Shown here: one piece after another, positions 1 to 8,959 of the stretch | Numbering within the stretch: the stretch's first letter is position 1 | Layout of the letters: every line of letters starts with the position of its first letter | DNA from: a virus | Lineage: Duplodnaviria; Caudoviricetes | Virus record (IMG/VR): IMGVR_UViG_3300028832_000110 | Span: 32,001-96,000 of that record | DNA: 64,000 bases | Direction: 5' to 3' (one strand) | Notes under the pieces: generated by a model | The model's input: the letters and a program-made list of their open reading frames with translations, nothing else | The model's database searches: none | Told to the model about the DNA's origin: nothing | Made by a program: the position numbers and the translations under genes

Positions 1-1
1 T

Positions 2-241
2 AGAAAAAATGGATTCATGCTGTCACGTAATCTGAAACGATATGAATACACAGAATACAAAGATGATGGCTGCGACAAATGCACTGTTCATCTTGACCAG
101 AAAGACAATCCGTTCCTAATTCAAGTTGAAAAAGTTACAGAATGGTCAAAGGTAGAAAAAGTCAATATCCGTAGTACATTTGTGCATATCCTTCAGCACT
201 CACTGAAATTGTGTGGAATTCTAAAAAACATAGAATTATGA
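2..241 (+). CDS. hypothetical protein, probably 5'-truncated by the window edge
   Basis: The frame of ORF 17..241 stays open back to position 2; it overlaps the next ATG at 238. Confidence 0.5.
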   Translation, partial: RKNGFMLSRNLKRYEYTEYKDDGCDKCTVHLDQKDNPFLIQVEKVTEWSKVEKVNIRSTFVHILQHSLKLCGILKNIEL

Positions 242-411
242 AGGAAAAAGGAGTGATATTCACATTCCTTGGTGATCGCAAGAATCTGAGAGGAAGATAT
301 AGGAATGGAAGTTGCATTAAAACTCCAAAAGGATATTTCACGTTCCTTTGGGGAGTATGGCATAGACATATCAATACAGAAGATTTAAAATGGGGTGAAA
401 TTAAAAAGTAA
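238..411 (+). CDS. small hypothetical phage protein
   Basis: ATG at 238 overlaps the previous stop (ATGA); part of a tightly packed + strand run. Confidence 0.55.
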   Translation: MKEKGVIFTFLGDRKNLRGRYRNGSCIKTPKGYFTFLWGVWHRHINTEDLKWGEIKK

Positions 412-419
412 AAATTAAG

Positions 420-698
420 ATGCAGAAAGGTGTTATTTATTGGGGTGAATTAAACGAAGACCTCAACGATGTGCTTCCAAAAGTAATTGAGGAAGCGAAT
501 GAAACAAACAAAACTATCTGTTTGCAATGGAATGGCGTAGTTGTAAAGGTTATGCCAAGAACTTCGGTTCAATACTGTCTGAATATGTACGAGGAAGAGC
601 AGAAAAAACAATCCGTTTATTATGACTTCATTCACGGCAAAATTGTTTCCTGCGAGGGTCTGGGTAAGAAAATCGCTAATTTTTTAATGGAATTATGA
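420..698 (+). CDS. hypothetical protein
   Basis: 92-aa ORF with A-rich leader; ATGA overlap with the next gene. Confidence 0.65.
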   Translation: MQKGVIYWGELNEDLNDVLPKVIEEANETNKTICLQWNGVVVKVMPRTSVQYCLNMYEEEQKKQSVYYDFIHGKIVSCEGLGKKIANFLMEL

Positions 699-1198
699 AA
701 AAGGTATATCAGAGAATAGATGACCCAAGACACGGGGATTGCTATAAATGCGTCATCGCAAGCATCCTCGACTTAGACTACGAAGACGTTCCTCATTTCG
801 TGGAAATGGGAGAGGACTGGCTTATTGAAGCTCAGAAATTCTTCCGCGAACACGGCTACGATTATTCTGGAAAGGAATTGTATAATCCAAAAATCGCATT
901 CCTCGAAAATCCGACATGGAATGTCTGGGAAAATGTGTGGCCTGCTGACCATTGTACTTTTAACGCTCTGACACCAGACATGGGAATCAACGGCTTGTTT
1001 ATGGCAGGTGTTTACTCACCGAAATACACCAATCCGAATGAGCATCCCATCGACCACCTTCATAGCGTACTCTGTGACATCAATTTCAATATTGTGTTCG
1101 ATCCACAGCCCGAATATGAGAAAGTGGTGAATTATCCATACTCCAGACTCATAGGCTATAACGGCATTCGCTCGATTGACGTAATCAAAAAACTATAA
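695..1198 (+). CDS. conserved phage protein with a papain/C39-like Cys-His-Asp motif pattern
   Basis: GDCYKCVIASIL..VPHF near the N-terminus and HSVL....IVFDP near the C-terminus; fold assignment is inference. Confidence 0.55.
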   Translation: MKKVYQRIDDPRHGDCYKCVIASILDLDYEDVPHFVEMGEDWLIEAQKFFREHGYDYSGKELYNPKIAFLENPTWNVWENVWPADHCTFNALTPDMGINGLFMAGVYSPKYTNPNEHPIDHLHSVLCDINFNIVFDPQPEYEKVVNYPYSRLIGYNGIRSIDVIKKL

Positions 1199-1202
1199 AA
1201 CG

Positions 1203-1481
1203 ATGAAAAGACGAATTTTAAAATTTCAGATCAAAACCTACGGCGAGACCACGATAGAAGTCAGTGGCATAGGAAAAATCCTTTATGTAGGTGTGCAACG
1301 CGGCAATCCATTTGTATGGGTTGAAGTAAATGAATACATTCTCCAGAAAGAAACCAAGAGAATTCGAGTATTCCATACTGGTGAAGACATTCCAGAGGAA
1401 TTGCATAACAAGACAAAGTACATCGGCACTTTCTTGCTCGATGAAGGTAGTTATGTAGGTCATGCCTACCAAATATTGTAG
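1203..1481 (+). CDS. conserved small phage protein
   Basis: ILKF...KILYVGVQRG.PFVWVEV...RVFHTG...YIGTF pattern, common in phage hypothetical proteins. Confidence 0.65.
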   Translation: MKRRILKFQIKTYGETTIEVSGIGKILYVGVQRGNPFVWVEVNEYILQKETKRIRVFHTGEDIPEELHNKTKYIGTFLLDEGSYVGHAYQIL

Positions 1482-1486
1482 CAGGT

Positions 1487-1720
1487 ATGAAGGTAGAGAA
1501 TTTGGAAACGGCTGAAAGGTTCGCCAAAAAACGCAGAACCTTGTCAGAGGTAGGCAAACTACTGGAATCCCACCCAAGTAGTGCTGAAGTAATTGTGAGG
1601 GTAAATTTCGGTAGCAAAGTCAAAGAGGCATCTATCCAAAACGACACCTTCAATGCCCTCATGTATAAACTGGTTGAGAGTGAGATTGAGAATATTGACC
1701 AATTCGTAAAACAACTATAA
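1487..1720 (+). CDS. hypothetical protein
   Basis: 77-aa ORF in the packed operon. Confidence 0.6.
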   Translation: MKVENLETAERFAKKRRTLSEVGKLLESHPSSAEVIVRVNFGSKVKEASIQNDTFNALMYKLVESEIENIDQFVKQL

Positions 1721-1731
1721 TATAATAAGGT

Positions 1732-2070
1732 ATGACTGATGCAGATTTAAAGAGTGAACTCGAAAGACTGGAAAAAACATACAATTTCGAGTCTCAACAA
1801 CTCAGAGAGAAGTTCAGAAAACAGCAACAAGCCCTTCGTGATAAGTGGGCGAAAGAAAACGCTCGTTTCAAAATCGGCGACATAATCAAAGCCGATGATA
1901 AAATCATTGAGGTGGAAAGAATACGAGGCTGTTTTGAATCGTTCTATAAGAATCCTTACGTTATGTATTTTGGCAAAATTCTTACCAAGGCATTAAAGCC
2001 AAGGAAGGATGAAAGTCGTACATCGACCTATGATGATGGCAGAGAAATAATCAAACTCAAATCAATATAA
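1732..2070 (+). CDS. hypothetical protein (N-terminal coiled coil)
   Basis: 112-aa ORF; shares the leader ATAATAAGGTATG with the next gene. Confidence 0.65.
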   Translation: MTDADLKSELERLEKTYNFESQQLREKFRKQQQALRDKWAKENARFKIGDIIKADDKIIEVERIRGCFESFYKNPYVMYFGKILTKALKPRKDESRTSTYDDGREIIKLKSI

Positions 2071-2076
2071 TAAGGT

Positions 2077-2679
2077 ATGTATATAAGCAATAAAGACGTT
2101 ATCAACGCAGTGGCAGGAGTTATTTATGCCATGCACCCCTACCACAATCCTGAGAATATCGACGATATTATTGAGGCGATTGAAAAAGCATGGAAAGAAC
2201 GTGTTCCAGAAAAAGAGAAGAAAAATACGTTCAAGTTGGTTGATTTCGGAGAATGGGTAGAACTAAAAGCAGTTCTACATGAAATCCTCTGGAATGTAGA
2301 AGCGTTTAAGCAACTGAATATTTCCCGTAAGCTCAAAGACAAAGGCGTAAAGGATGCAGATGACAAACGCAATCAAGGATTCAGAGTTTCGGACAGATAT
2401 TCGGTGGAAACTGAGGACAGTAGATATTCTGACTTCATAGACCTCGACGCTTGCTTGCAGAATATTATTCGCCAGATAAGCGTACTCAAAGAATCCGATG
2501 AAGACTGCTTCCTCTGCAAGTATGCAGAAAGCTATGGCAGCATGAAGCCCGGGGATGAACGTTGTGCCAACTGCCTTTGCAATCCCCAAATAAAATTCCT
2601 CAGAGAGCCGCATCCGATGTCGCTAAAACCTCGAAAAGACTGGACGCAGGAAGAAATAGAGAAATACGATCTACACTAA
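2077..2679 (+). CDS. hypothetical protein with a C-terminal Cys cluster
   Basis: 200-aa ORF; CFLC...CANCLC suggests metal binding. Confidence 0.7.
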   Translation: MYISNKDVINAVAGVIYAMHPYHNPENIDDIIEAIEKAWKERVPEKEKKNTFKLVDFGEWVELKAVLHEILWNVEAFKQLNISRKLKDKGVKDADDKRNQGFRVSDRYSVETEDSRYSDFIDLDACLQNIIRQISVLKESDEDCFLCKYAESYGSMKPGDERCANCLCNPQIKFLREPHPMSLKPRKDWTQEEIEKYDLH

Positions 2680-2684
2680 AAGAA

Positions 2685-2714
2685 AAGGCGGCTGTCCTCG
2701 CGGATGGTCGCCTT
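2685..2714 (+). terminator. hairpin between convergent operons, probable terminator
   Basis: AAGGCGGCTGTCC-TCGC-GGATGGTCGCCTT directly after the stop at 2679. Confidence 0.55.
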
Positions 2715-2805
2715 CATTGACTACAAAAACTAACGTATAAACAAAATTCCATTGAGAAAATGAGAAATTTTCCTTTCTTTTCCACTAATTTCCCTTAAAA
2801 GAAAA

Positions 2806-3357
2806 TCAGAGATTAAATCCAACGCCAAATCCAATACCAGGTTGAACGCCTGCGGGAGTCAGATATAAACCGCCCTGAAAACCAAACGTCCATCGTTTCT
2901 TTTTCGTAATGGTAGTTGTTATGTTGTTGGTTATGATCTTATGACGCACAAATATACTATCCAGATTGGCATGATAACCACTTACATAAGCCACGTAGCA
3001 ACTATCCTCATATCGCTTCTGCGTAATTGGAATTTCATAGGTGGAATCGGTCTCAGTGATTTCGCCGTCATTATTTATATCGGGAATAGAATCGGAATTA
3101 ACCCCATTTTCTGAGATTAATTCCAATTTTGGGCGAGAATGCGGCTTTTTTACGCTGATTTTTTTCACACTATCCTCACTTACTGGCTTCGGAGCAATGA
3201 AACTATCAACCTTATTTTCGGTTTTAGTTTCTGTTGTGGTCTCTACTTTCTCCACTGGCTCAGTTTTGGCATCCCTATACTGCTTGTAATTGAAGAATAG
3301 GGAAATGCCAAGACCAACCACAAGAAAAAGTATCACATAGAATTCTTTCTTTTTCAT
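2806..3357 (-). CDS. lysis-module membrane-anchored protein (spanin-like)
   Basis: N-terminal transmembrane segment and C-terminal GIGFGVGFNL; directly downstream of the endolysin. Confidence 0.55.
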   Translation of the reverse strand: MKKKEFYVILFLVVGLGISLFFNYKQYRDAKTEPVEKVETTTETKTENKVDSFIAPKPVSEDSVKKISVKKPHSRPKLELISENGVNSDSIPDINNDGEITETDSTYEIPITQKRYEDSCYVAYVSGYHANLDSIFVRHKIITNNITTTITKKKRWTFGFQGGLYLTPAGVQPGIGFGVGFNL

Positions 3358-3360
3358 ATC

Positions 3361-3816
3361 CTAAGAGTTTTGAACGTCTGCATACTCCGTAATGGCATTG
3401 AAACACGGGCATTCCTTGATGCGCTCCCAAGGATCGACAATGCCGTTATGGTTTTTGTCGGGAGAAATATCCCGATGACCCATGATTTTGGCATTGGGGT
3501 ATCTTTGGTGCAACTCCATAAGGAGTTTTCTCAGCTCAGCCTTTTGTGCATCGGTACGGTTGTCGATGCCATTGGGGTGCTGCTTGTCAATGCCGCCAAT
3601 CCATGCCACATTGATGGACGTGGAATTATAGCCCTTCACTCCGTTACTAACATAGTCTTCGTGGAGAATCTGCGTTCTCTTGCCGTCTTTGTCAATAAGA
3701 TAGTGATAACCGGGATAATGCCAACCCTTTTTGCGGAATTCCGCAAGAATAGATTGCACGGATGCGTTGATGCTGCTTGCCGTGCAATGTACGAAAATTC
3801 TCTTAATGTCTCTCAT
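3361..3816 (-). CDS. endolysin, N-acetylmuramoyl-L-alanine amidase (T7 lysozyme / Amidase_2 type)
   Basis: IFVHCTA, GYHYLI, GVKGYNSTSINVAWIGG, GHRDIS and KECPCF zinc-amidase motifs. Confidence 0.92.
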   Translation of the reverse strand: MRDIKRIFVHCTASSINASVQSILAEFRKKGWHYPGYHYLIDKDGKRTQILHEDYVSNGVKGYNSTSINVAWIGGIDKQHPNGIDNRTDAQKAELRKLLMELHQRYPNAKIMGHRDISPDKNHNGIVDPWERIKECPCFNAITEYADVQNS

Positions 3817-3869
3817 ATCGCTATTTACTTTTAATTAATTCGACAAAATTTTCTTCCCCACAAATACCT

Positions 3870-4469
3870 TTAGAAATCGTCGTGATCGAGGATGGTGTTA
3901 TTTTCACCAGAATTTCCTCTGTGCCGTCTGTGGTGCGGTTCATCGGATTTTTCTCCGAGGCTTTCTACGGCATCGCCAATCTCAACGCTTTTGATGCGGA
4001 TAATTCGGCCAAGGAACTTGACGAATAATCTCCAACCATCAACCATGCTGATTTCGGCTTCCATTTTAACGTAGGCGATGTGTCCGATAATTGATGCTAT
4101 CTCACACGCACAACCGATACCAAGGCCAAGGGCAGCAGTCCATACATGGCTGCAAATATCCATAGGCTCAGTGATCGCAAGTCCTATCAAAGCACCGACA
4201 ACGAGATAGGTCATGTAGTCTACGAGCTTGTTGGTAGTACGCCTGCCTGCTCTCGACTTATGCCACTTATGTTTTTCCATTCCGGCTTTGTCACCTTTTT
4301 CCTTCGCCTTTTCATATTTCATGCTGCTTTCGGAATATCCCCACCACAAATCAGCGAGGATTAATGCGACGGAACAGAGAATCATATAGCGCAAGTCATA
4401 GACCACGCCCATCAGTTCAGTGCCAATAGCACCCCATACAACGGCTCTGGGGCCAAGATTCGCTTCCAT
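3870..4469 (-). CDS. holin-like membrane protein
   Basis: Several hydrophobic segments, SRAGRRT.NKLVDY and CEIASI motifs; immediately upstream of the amidase. Confidence 0.7.
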   Translation of the reverse strand: MEANLGPRAVVWGAIGTELMGVVYDLRYMILCSVALILADLWWGYSESSMKYEKAKEKGDKAGMEKHKWHKSRAGRRTTNKLVDYMTYLVVGALIGLAITEPMDICSHVWTAALGLGIGCACEIASIIGHIAYVKMEAEISMVDGWRLFVKFLGRIIRIKSVEIGDAVESLGEKSDEPHHRRHRGNSGENNTILDHDDF

Positions 4470-4472
4470 AAC

Positions 4473-4997
4473 TTAAATAATCTTTGAAGAGTGAATAAGA
4501 AGTGAGGTGACAATGGTAATGTAGCAAATAGCCTCTGCAATAAACACACCTTTTCCGTTAATGAACTTGGGTATGATGCAGTTCTTACCAAGTATGCCAA
4601 CACAAACAGCCATCAAGATACCCATCACACCCCATAGTGCCAGGCACCAAGGGCAAATGAGCAAAACGCATAGCTGAGAGAATATTCCTGCCGAGATACC
4701 AAGCACATTGTGGGCTTTGTTGCTCTCGTTTTTTACGAGAGGCATAGCACCGACGAACAATACGCTTGTTGCAAAGGCATGGGCTATCACGCCAAAGTTC
4801 TCTGGAATAATCTCAAAGAGTGCGGGAGTGAGCGTATATGTAGCCGCCCATATCCATACCGTCCATAACCATTTTCCCTGCTTTGGCAGATAATAGACCA
4901 TAGACGATACGCTATCCGGCAACTCCTTATGCGTCCAAATGGCAGCCCCCGTATAGAGGGCTACCAAAAGGATGGATATTAGTAATAGGATAATCAT
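4473..4997 (-). CDS. multi-pass membrane protein
   Basis: 174 aa with about six hydrophobic helices; adjacent to the lysis genes. Confidence 0.75.
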   Translation of the reverse strand: MIILLLISILLVALYTGAAIWTHKELPDSVSSMVYYLPKQGKWLWTVWIWAATYTLTPALFEIIPENFGVIAHAFATSVLFVGAMPLVKNESNKAHNVLGISAGIFSQLCVLLICPWCLALWGVMGILMAVCVGILGKNCIIPKFINGKGVFIAEAICYITIVTSLLIHSSKII

Positions 4998-5027
4998 AAC
5001 TTTCGGTCTTTATCCAACATATTACAA

Positions 5028-5570
5028 TTATTCCTCACCGCCATTAGGGGTCTCGTAAACACTGAAATCAATGTTATCCTTGACCTCCCAACCTTCCTGA
5101 TAGCAGGACTCGATGTAAGCCAGACCGCCGAGATAGAACTGAACCAGTTCCTCGAAAGACTGGAAGACCTCATAGATGGCCTTCTCGTCGCTGTCCTCAG
5201 AAATCTTGTATTTCATCGGGAACTTTACGAGGTTCGGGTACTCCTTGGCCGCATCGTGCTTTGCCTTGAAGTTGTTCTGATTCTCCTTTGAGAGCCAGAC
5301 CTTGACAGTCTTACCCTCATCGTCGCCGTGAAGGATAGTCCACTCATAGCCGTTGAGAATCTTTTCATCAGTGCAGGCATCAATGTCGGCAATGATAGCT
5401 TTCTTGATCTCGCTGAAGCTAAGATGTGAACGCTGCTTTTTGTAGACGTAGACCTCAATCCACTCTGCCATGTCGTTACTAACTTCTTTGTAGTTGTAAC
5501 CGATGATAATGCGGCTTGCATCCTCTTTGAGGTATGCGAAATCCGACTTCAAACCATTTACCTTGTTCAT
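5028..5570 (-). CDS. DUF4376-like tail fibre assembly-associated protein
   Basis: VWLSKENQNNFK...FEELVQFY...YIESCYQEGW..KD.ID pattern, typical of Bacteroidota phage proteins following tail fibre/DGR loci; family name from recall. Confidence 0.6.
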   Translation of the reverse strand: MNKVNGLKSDFAYLKEDASRIIIGYNYKEVSNDMAEWIEVYVYKKQRSHLSFSEIKKAIIADIDACTDEKILNGYEWTILHGDDEGKTVKVWLSKENQNNFKAKHDAAKEYPNLVKFPMKYKISEDSDEKAIYEVFQSFEELVQFYLGGLAYIESCYQEGWEVKDNIDFSVYETPNGGEE

Positions 5571-5583
5571 AATAATTACTATT

Positions 5584-6774
5584 TTAAATTGTTAATAAAA
5601 AGGGTTTATCCATTTTCAATAATCCTCTCTCAAACGGTGCTACCTTCAACATCTTCTCATTCAAGAATAGGCTACACCTTATGTTGTATGAAGAGTAATG
5701 CCCCAATGTGCCGAGGAAGGAATTGATGGAACGGTACGTTGATTCCACGTCATCAAAATCCAGTCTGCTCATGCTGACCTTGGTACGGTATAAGGTGGCA
5801 TTCGATATATAGCTTCTGAATGGCTTGATGAAAGCACCGAGAAATTCAGCACCGATACCAACCTCCCTAATCTGCAACTTTCCCATGTGTAGATTTACTT
5901 CAAGTATTTCGTTTAGGAATTCCCTAATCTTAGGCACACTCTCCAATAGCTTCTTTTTGTCATGGCAGACAATGTACGAGTCATCAACGTATCTGCCGAA
6001 ATGCTTGAACTTCAGCACTCTCTTAACGAATTGGTCATAGACGTTGAGATAGACATTGCTGAACAACTGGCTTGTGAGGTTTCCGATTGGCAAACCACAA
6101 CCCTCATTCGTCCAAAATAGGCTCTTGTTTCTGTCAAGGCCATCCCAATCCTCCTTTTTGCCTACGACACGGCATTTCTTAGTGGGATCAAGCATGATGA
6201 TTTCCTTCGTCAGCCACAATACGAAATCTATATCCAGATATTCGCCCCAAGTCTGCTTGGTATCTACGCATACTCTGTGACTGCGCATTTTCTCGATGGT
6301 TTTTGTGGCAATATCCAGAAGGAATACTCTTTTGATGTGCATGAAATAGCCTCGAACATCAAGGCTCATAACATAGCACTTTCGCTGATAGTTTCGGCTT
6401 TCGCTCAATATATGGTGTCTCAGTCTCTCAATACCATAATGCGTACCGCGTCCGGGGATGCAGGAATAGCTGTCGGCAATAAATGTATGCTCAAAAAGCA
6501 CATGGGTATAGTTGTAGTAAAGGTGATGCACTACTCTGTCACGGAATTGTGCTGCAAAGACCTCTCGCTTCATCGGACGTTCAACGATGAAACAAGAAGA
6601 GGGTTCTGGCTGATACCTACGAGCCAACAAATCGTCTGCAAGGCTTTCGAGATTCTTCATCAGATTTTTCTCAAAGGTCTTGACGTATGGCTTATTGGAC
6701 TTATGCTGCTTTGCACACAAAAACGCTGCGTACAAATCTAACATCAAAGCCTTTTTAGTAAGTACATATTCCAT
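5584..6774 (-). CDS. DGR reverse transcriptase
   Basis: KREVFAAQFRDRVVHH, SYSCIPGRGTH, LDVRGYF, GLPIGNLTSQLFSNVYL (DGR-type SQ motif) and YVDD; adjacent to the TR. Confidence 0.95.
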   Translation of the reverse strand: MEYVLTKKALMLDLYAAFLCAKQHKSNKPYVKTFEKNLMKNLESLADDLLARRYQPEPSSCFIVERPMKREVFAAQFRDRVVHHLYYNYTHVLFEHTFIADSYSCIPGRGTHYGIERLRHHILSESRNYQRKCYVMSLDVRGYFMHIKRVFLLDIATKTIEKMRSHRVCVDTKQTWGEYLDIDFVLWLTKEIIMLDPTKKCRVVGKKEDWDGLDRNKSLFWTNEGCGLPIGNLTSQLFSNVYLNVYDQFVKRVLKFKHFGRYVDDSYIVCHDKKKLLESVPKIREFLNEILEVNLHMGKLQIREVGIGAEFLGAFIKPFRSYISNATLYRTKVSMSRLDFDDVESTYRSINSFLGTLGHYSSYNIRCSLFLNEKMLKVAPFERGLLKMDKPFLLTI

Positions 6775-6813
6775 ACTATCCTCTATTTAGTTGTTTTCTT
6801 CCCTGCTGTTGGC

Positions 6814-7010
6814 AATAATTGCTGAACCGGGCGCACAGAAAAACCGTTGAACCGATTGTTGTTGTTCTGCGGATTGACATCAGACGCATTGAAGTTCAAG
6901 TTGCGACCATTCGTTGAGGAATTCAACGTAGATGCCCAATAGTTGCCGTTCGACCCACGATTGTTCAACGTCGTACCATTGTAGTTGCCGGACGCGGGGA
7001 AGAAAACAAC
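6814..7010 (-). repeat. DGR template repeat (TR)
   Basis: AAC-rich (17 Asn codons in the VR reading frame); aligns without gaps to 7887-8083 (-) and 59846-60039 (+), with mismatches almost all at TR adenines. Confidence 0.95.
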
Positions 7011-7195
7011 TAAAAACTCCACAAATACGGTTACTACCTAACACGAATGCAGAAAAGAATCGTCAGACACGAAGCCAATCTGCTTCTTTCATTTTTCCCG
7101 CGAGACAGAAGCCTCGTAGGACGAGTAACCTATGTAATTATTCTGAACAGCACCAAATCAAAGAACGCCTTTTCGACTTGCGAAAGGTCTGTATT

Positions 7196-7774
7196 TTATA
7201 GTAAGGCAGCAGCCTGCGCTTTCATCTTGCTAATAAACTCCTTGTCTTGAATCGGAGTCGTAGCTTCAGCAGGATATGAGATTATCTGCGACACTATTGA
7301 GAATAGTCCGCTGCGACCCAAAGCCTGCGCCTGCTGCTGTTGCTCGTCTTTCTTTTTCTTGTCTTTGCCCTCCTTTTCAGGACAACTTGCTTTCCATGTC
7401 TGGAACATCAAATCAAGGGTCTCGAAATCAGAGCCGAGGCTACTGGCATCGACATCAACGTAGAAATTCTCAGATTCAGAGCCTTCGTTGCCGAGTACGT
7501 CATAGTCGGGAATATATTTGCTCAGACTTTCTACTGGAAATCCTATCATAACATATTCGCCATCCTTCATCTTGTATCGGTTTGCGGAAAGCATCTTCTG
7601 ATCTCCACGCTGTTTCTGGAATTCCTCAGTGCAGACAATTTGCTTGATTAACCAAGCACTCCATTCGTAGGCGTGAATGAATTTACCTTCTTTGTGAAGG
7701 AAAACCCTACCCCATTTTTCGGAGTCTTGTCTGTCAGCCTCAATGGGCATTATTTCTGTTAGTTTCATATCCAA
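7196..7774 (-). CDS. DGR accessory protein, MutS domain I-like (MSL type) rather than Avd
   Basis: Sits between VR1 and TR; VFLHKEGKFIHAYEWSAWL and IGFP resemble the MutS_I mismatch-binding fold. Confidence 0.6.
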   Translation of the reverse strand: MDMKLTEIMPIEADRQDSEKWGRVFLHKEGKFIHAYEWSAWLIKQIVCTEEFQKQRGDQKMLSANRYKMKDGEYVMIGFPVESLSKYIPDYDVLGNEGSESENFYVDVDASSLGSDFETLDLMFQTWKASCPEKEGKDKKKKDEQQQQAQALGRSGLFSIVSQIISYPAEATTPIQDKEFISKMKAQAAALL

Positions 7775-7809
7775 TTTTTTTGAGAATTAAATTATTGATT
7801 TTATTATAT

Positions 7810-7874
7810 CCAACCACCCCTCTCCGTTTCGCGTAGCCGCTTGTGGGCGGCTGCTTCACTTCGTGGGTGGTTGG
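7810..7874 (-). promoter_or_regulatory. DGR target-recognition hairpin downstream of VR1
   Basis: On the minus strand, AGCCGC-CCACAA-GCGGCTAC lies inside an outer stem CCAACCACCC/GGGTGGTTGG; the same core follows VR2. Confidence 0.75.
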
Positions 7875-7886
7875 GTTGAGAGGGTA

Positions 7887-8083
7887 AATAATTACTGAAC
7901 CGGGCGCACAGAAAAACCGAGGAACCGATTGTGATTGTACTGCGGATAGACATCAGACGCATTGAAGCACAAGTAGCGACCATTCGTAGAGGAACTCAAC
8001 GTAGACGCCCAATAGCTGCCGTACGACCCACGATCGTACAACGTCGAACCATAGTAGCCGCCGGACGCGGGGAAGAAAACAAC
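7887..8083 (-). repeat. DGR variable repeat VR1
   Basis: About 19 substitutions at TR adenines, one internal C>T and a C>T that creates the stop codon; lies at the 3' end of 7892..8923. Confidence 0.95.
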
Positions 8084-8923
8084 CTTACCATTGATCTTTG
8101 ACGTGAATACGCGACCTGCAACACCAGAGCCTTGATAATCCGAAACCCATTCGCAGTTACAGTTATCATACAGCTCTTGGAACTCAGCAGAAGTAGGCAT
8201 ACGCCAAGGCGCTTTACAATTAGCACGGGCGGCATCCTGCGAGGGAGCGATATTGCCGTTAAGGGCGGCTCCTGGGGTGGAGGCATAGGGACCGTCGTTT
8301 GAAGAGCCGAAGTCGTAACCTGAACCCTCTGGATGGCCTTCGGTATTTCCCCAAGAGAAATACGAACCCCAACCCGTAGGCGAATCGGCGAAGCCGTTGG
8401 CCTTGGTGACATCAATGTTACGAGTAGCCCACTTCAAGCCAGAGGGCAGTCCGAGGTCTACCCAAAGTGCATCGGGTGAGTCGCTTTCCTCCAATCCCGA
8501 CATATTGACCACGTTGAAACGTGTGCCGTCGTACTGGAGCATAACGGTTGTGCGAGGGCGTATAACGCCGGGCTGCAAGGCAGCACCATTGACGTAAATA
8601 TCCTTTGCACCAGTGTTATTTACGTTCAGAGTAGCATTCACTACGTTTACGGCATTGTTGAAGAATACGGTTACGAGTCCATTCTTCAAGAGAATGAAGT
8701 CCGTAATAGCAACAACCTTTGCCGCTGTTGTAGCAGCCGTTGAGCAAGTGCCGTAGCCGACACCTGCCTTTGCCATGTCCTGCATAAGTTGCTGTGCAGG
8801 CCACTGTCCTGCGGGTGTGCCGTCATTGTCGAAGAGCATGACCTTCTGCGTTGCGCTTGGGGCTGCTGATGGCAATGAGGCTAATACCGCTTTCAGAGTT
8901 ACCAGAATATCTTCCGAAGTCAT
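7892..8923 (-). CDS. DGR target 1: tail-associated receptor-binding protein with a C-terminal CLec-like (DUF1566/Fib_succ_major-like) domain
   Basis: Tail-fibre-like N-terminus (GYGTCSTAATTAAK, TLNVNNTGAKDI); VDLGLPSGLKWATRN, WRMPT..EF.EL and GFSVRPVQ; contains VR1. Confidence 0.85.
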   Translation of the reverse strand: MTSEDILVTLKAVLASLPSAAPSATQKVMLFDNDGTPAGQWPAQQLMQDMAKAGVGYGTCSTAATTAAKVVAITDFILLKNGLVTVFFNNAVNVVNATLNVNNTGAKDIYVNGAALQPGVIRPRTTVMLQYDGTRFNVVNMSGLEESDSPDALWVDLGLPSGLKWATRNIDVTKANGFADSPTGWGSYFSWGNTEGHPEGSGYDFGSSNDGPYASTPGAALNGNIAPSQDAARANCKAPWRMPTSAEFQELYDNCNCEWVSDYQGSGVAGRVFTSKINGKVVFFPASGGYYGSTLYDRGSYGSYWASTLSSSTNGRYLCFNASDVYPQYNHNRFLGFSVRPVQ

Positions 8924-8959
8924 AATTACAATATTTTAAGTTGTTAATTGAATTGTATC

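Larger units (their letters stand above)
5584..8923 (-). mobile_element. diversity-generating retroelement cassette (target/VR1, accessory, TR, RT)
   Basis: RT with DGR motifs; 197-bp TR/VR pair differing almost only at TR adenines; accessory ORF between VR and TR. Confidence 0.95.

Noticed and set aside
5584-6774. RT as a group II intron, retron or Abi-type RT
   Set aside because: The adjacent TR/VR pair with adenine-specific mismatches and the NLTSQ motif identify it as a DGR RT.
6783-7022. 79-aa Asn-rich ORF resembling the DGR targets
   Set aside because: It is the template repeat read in the VR frame; AAC richness is the expected TR property, not evidence of a protein.
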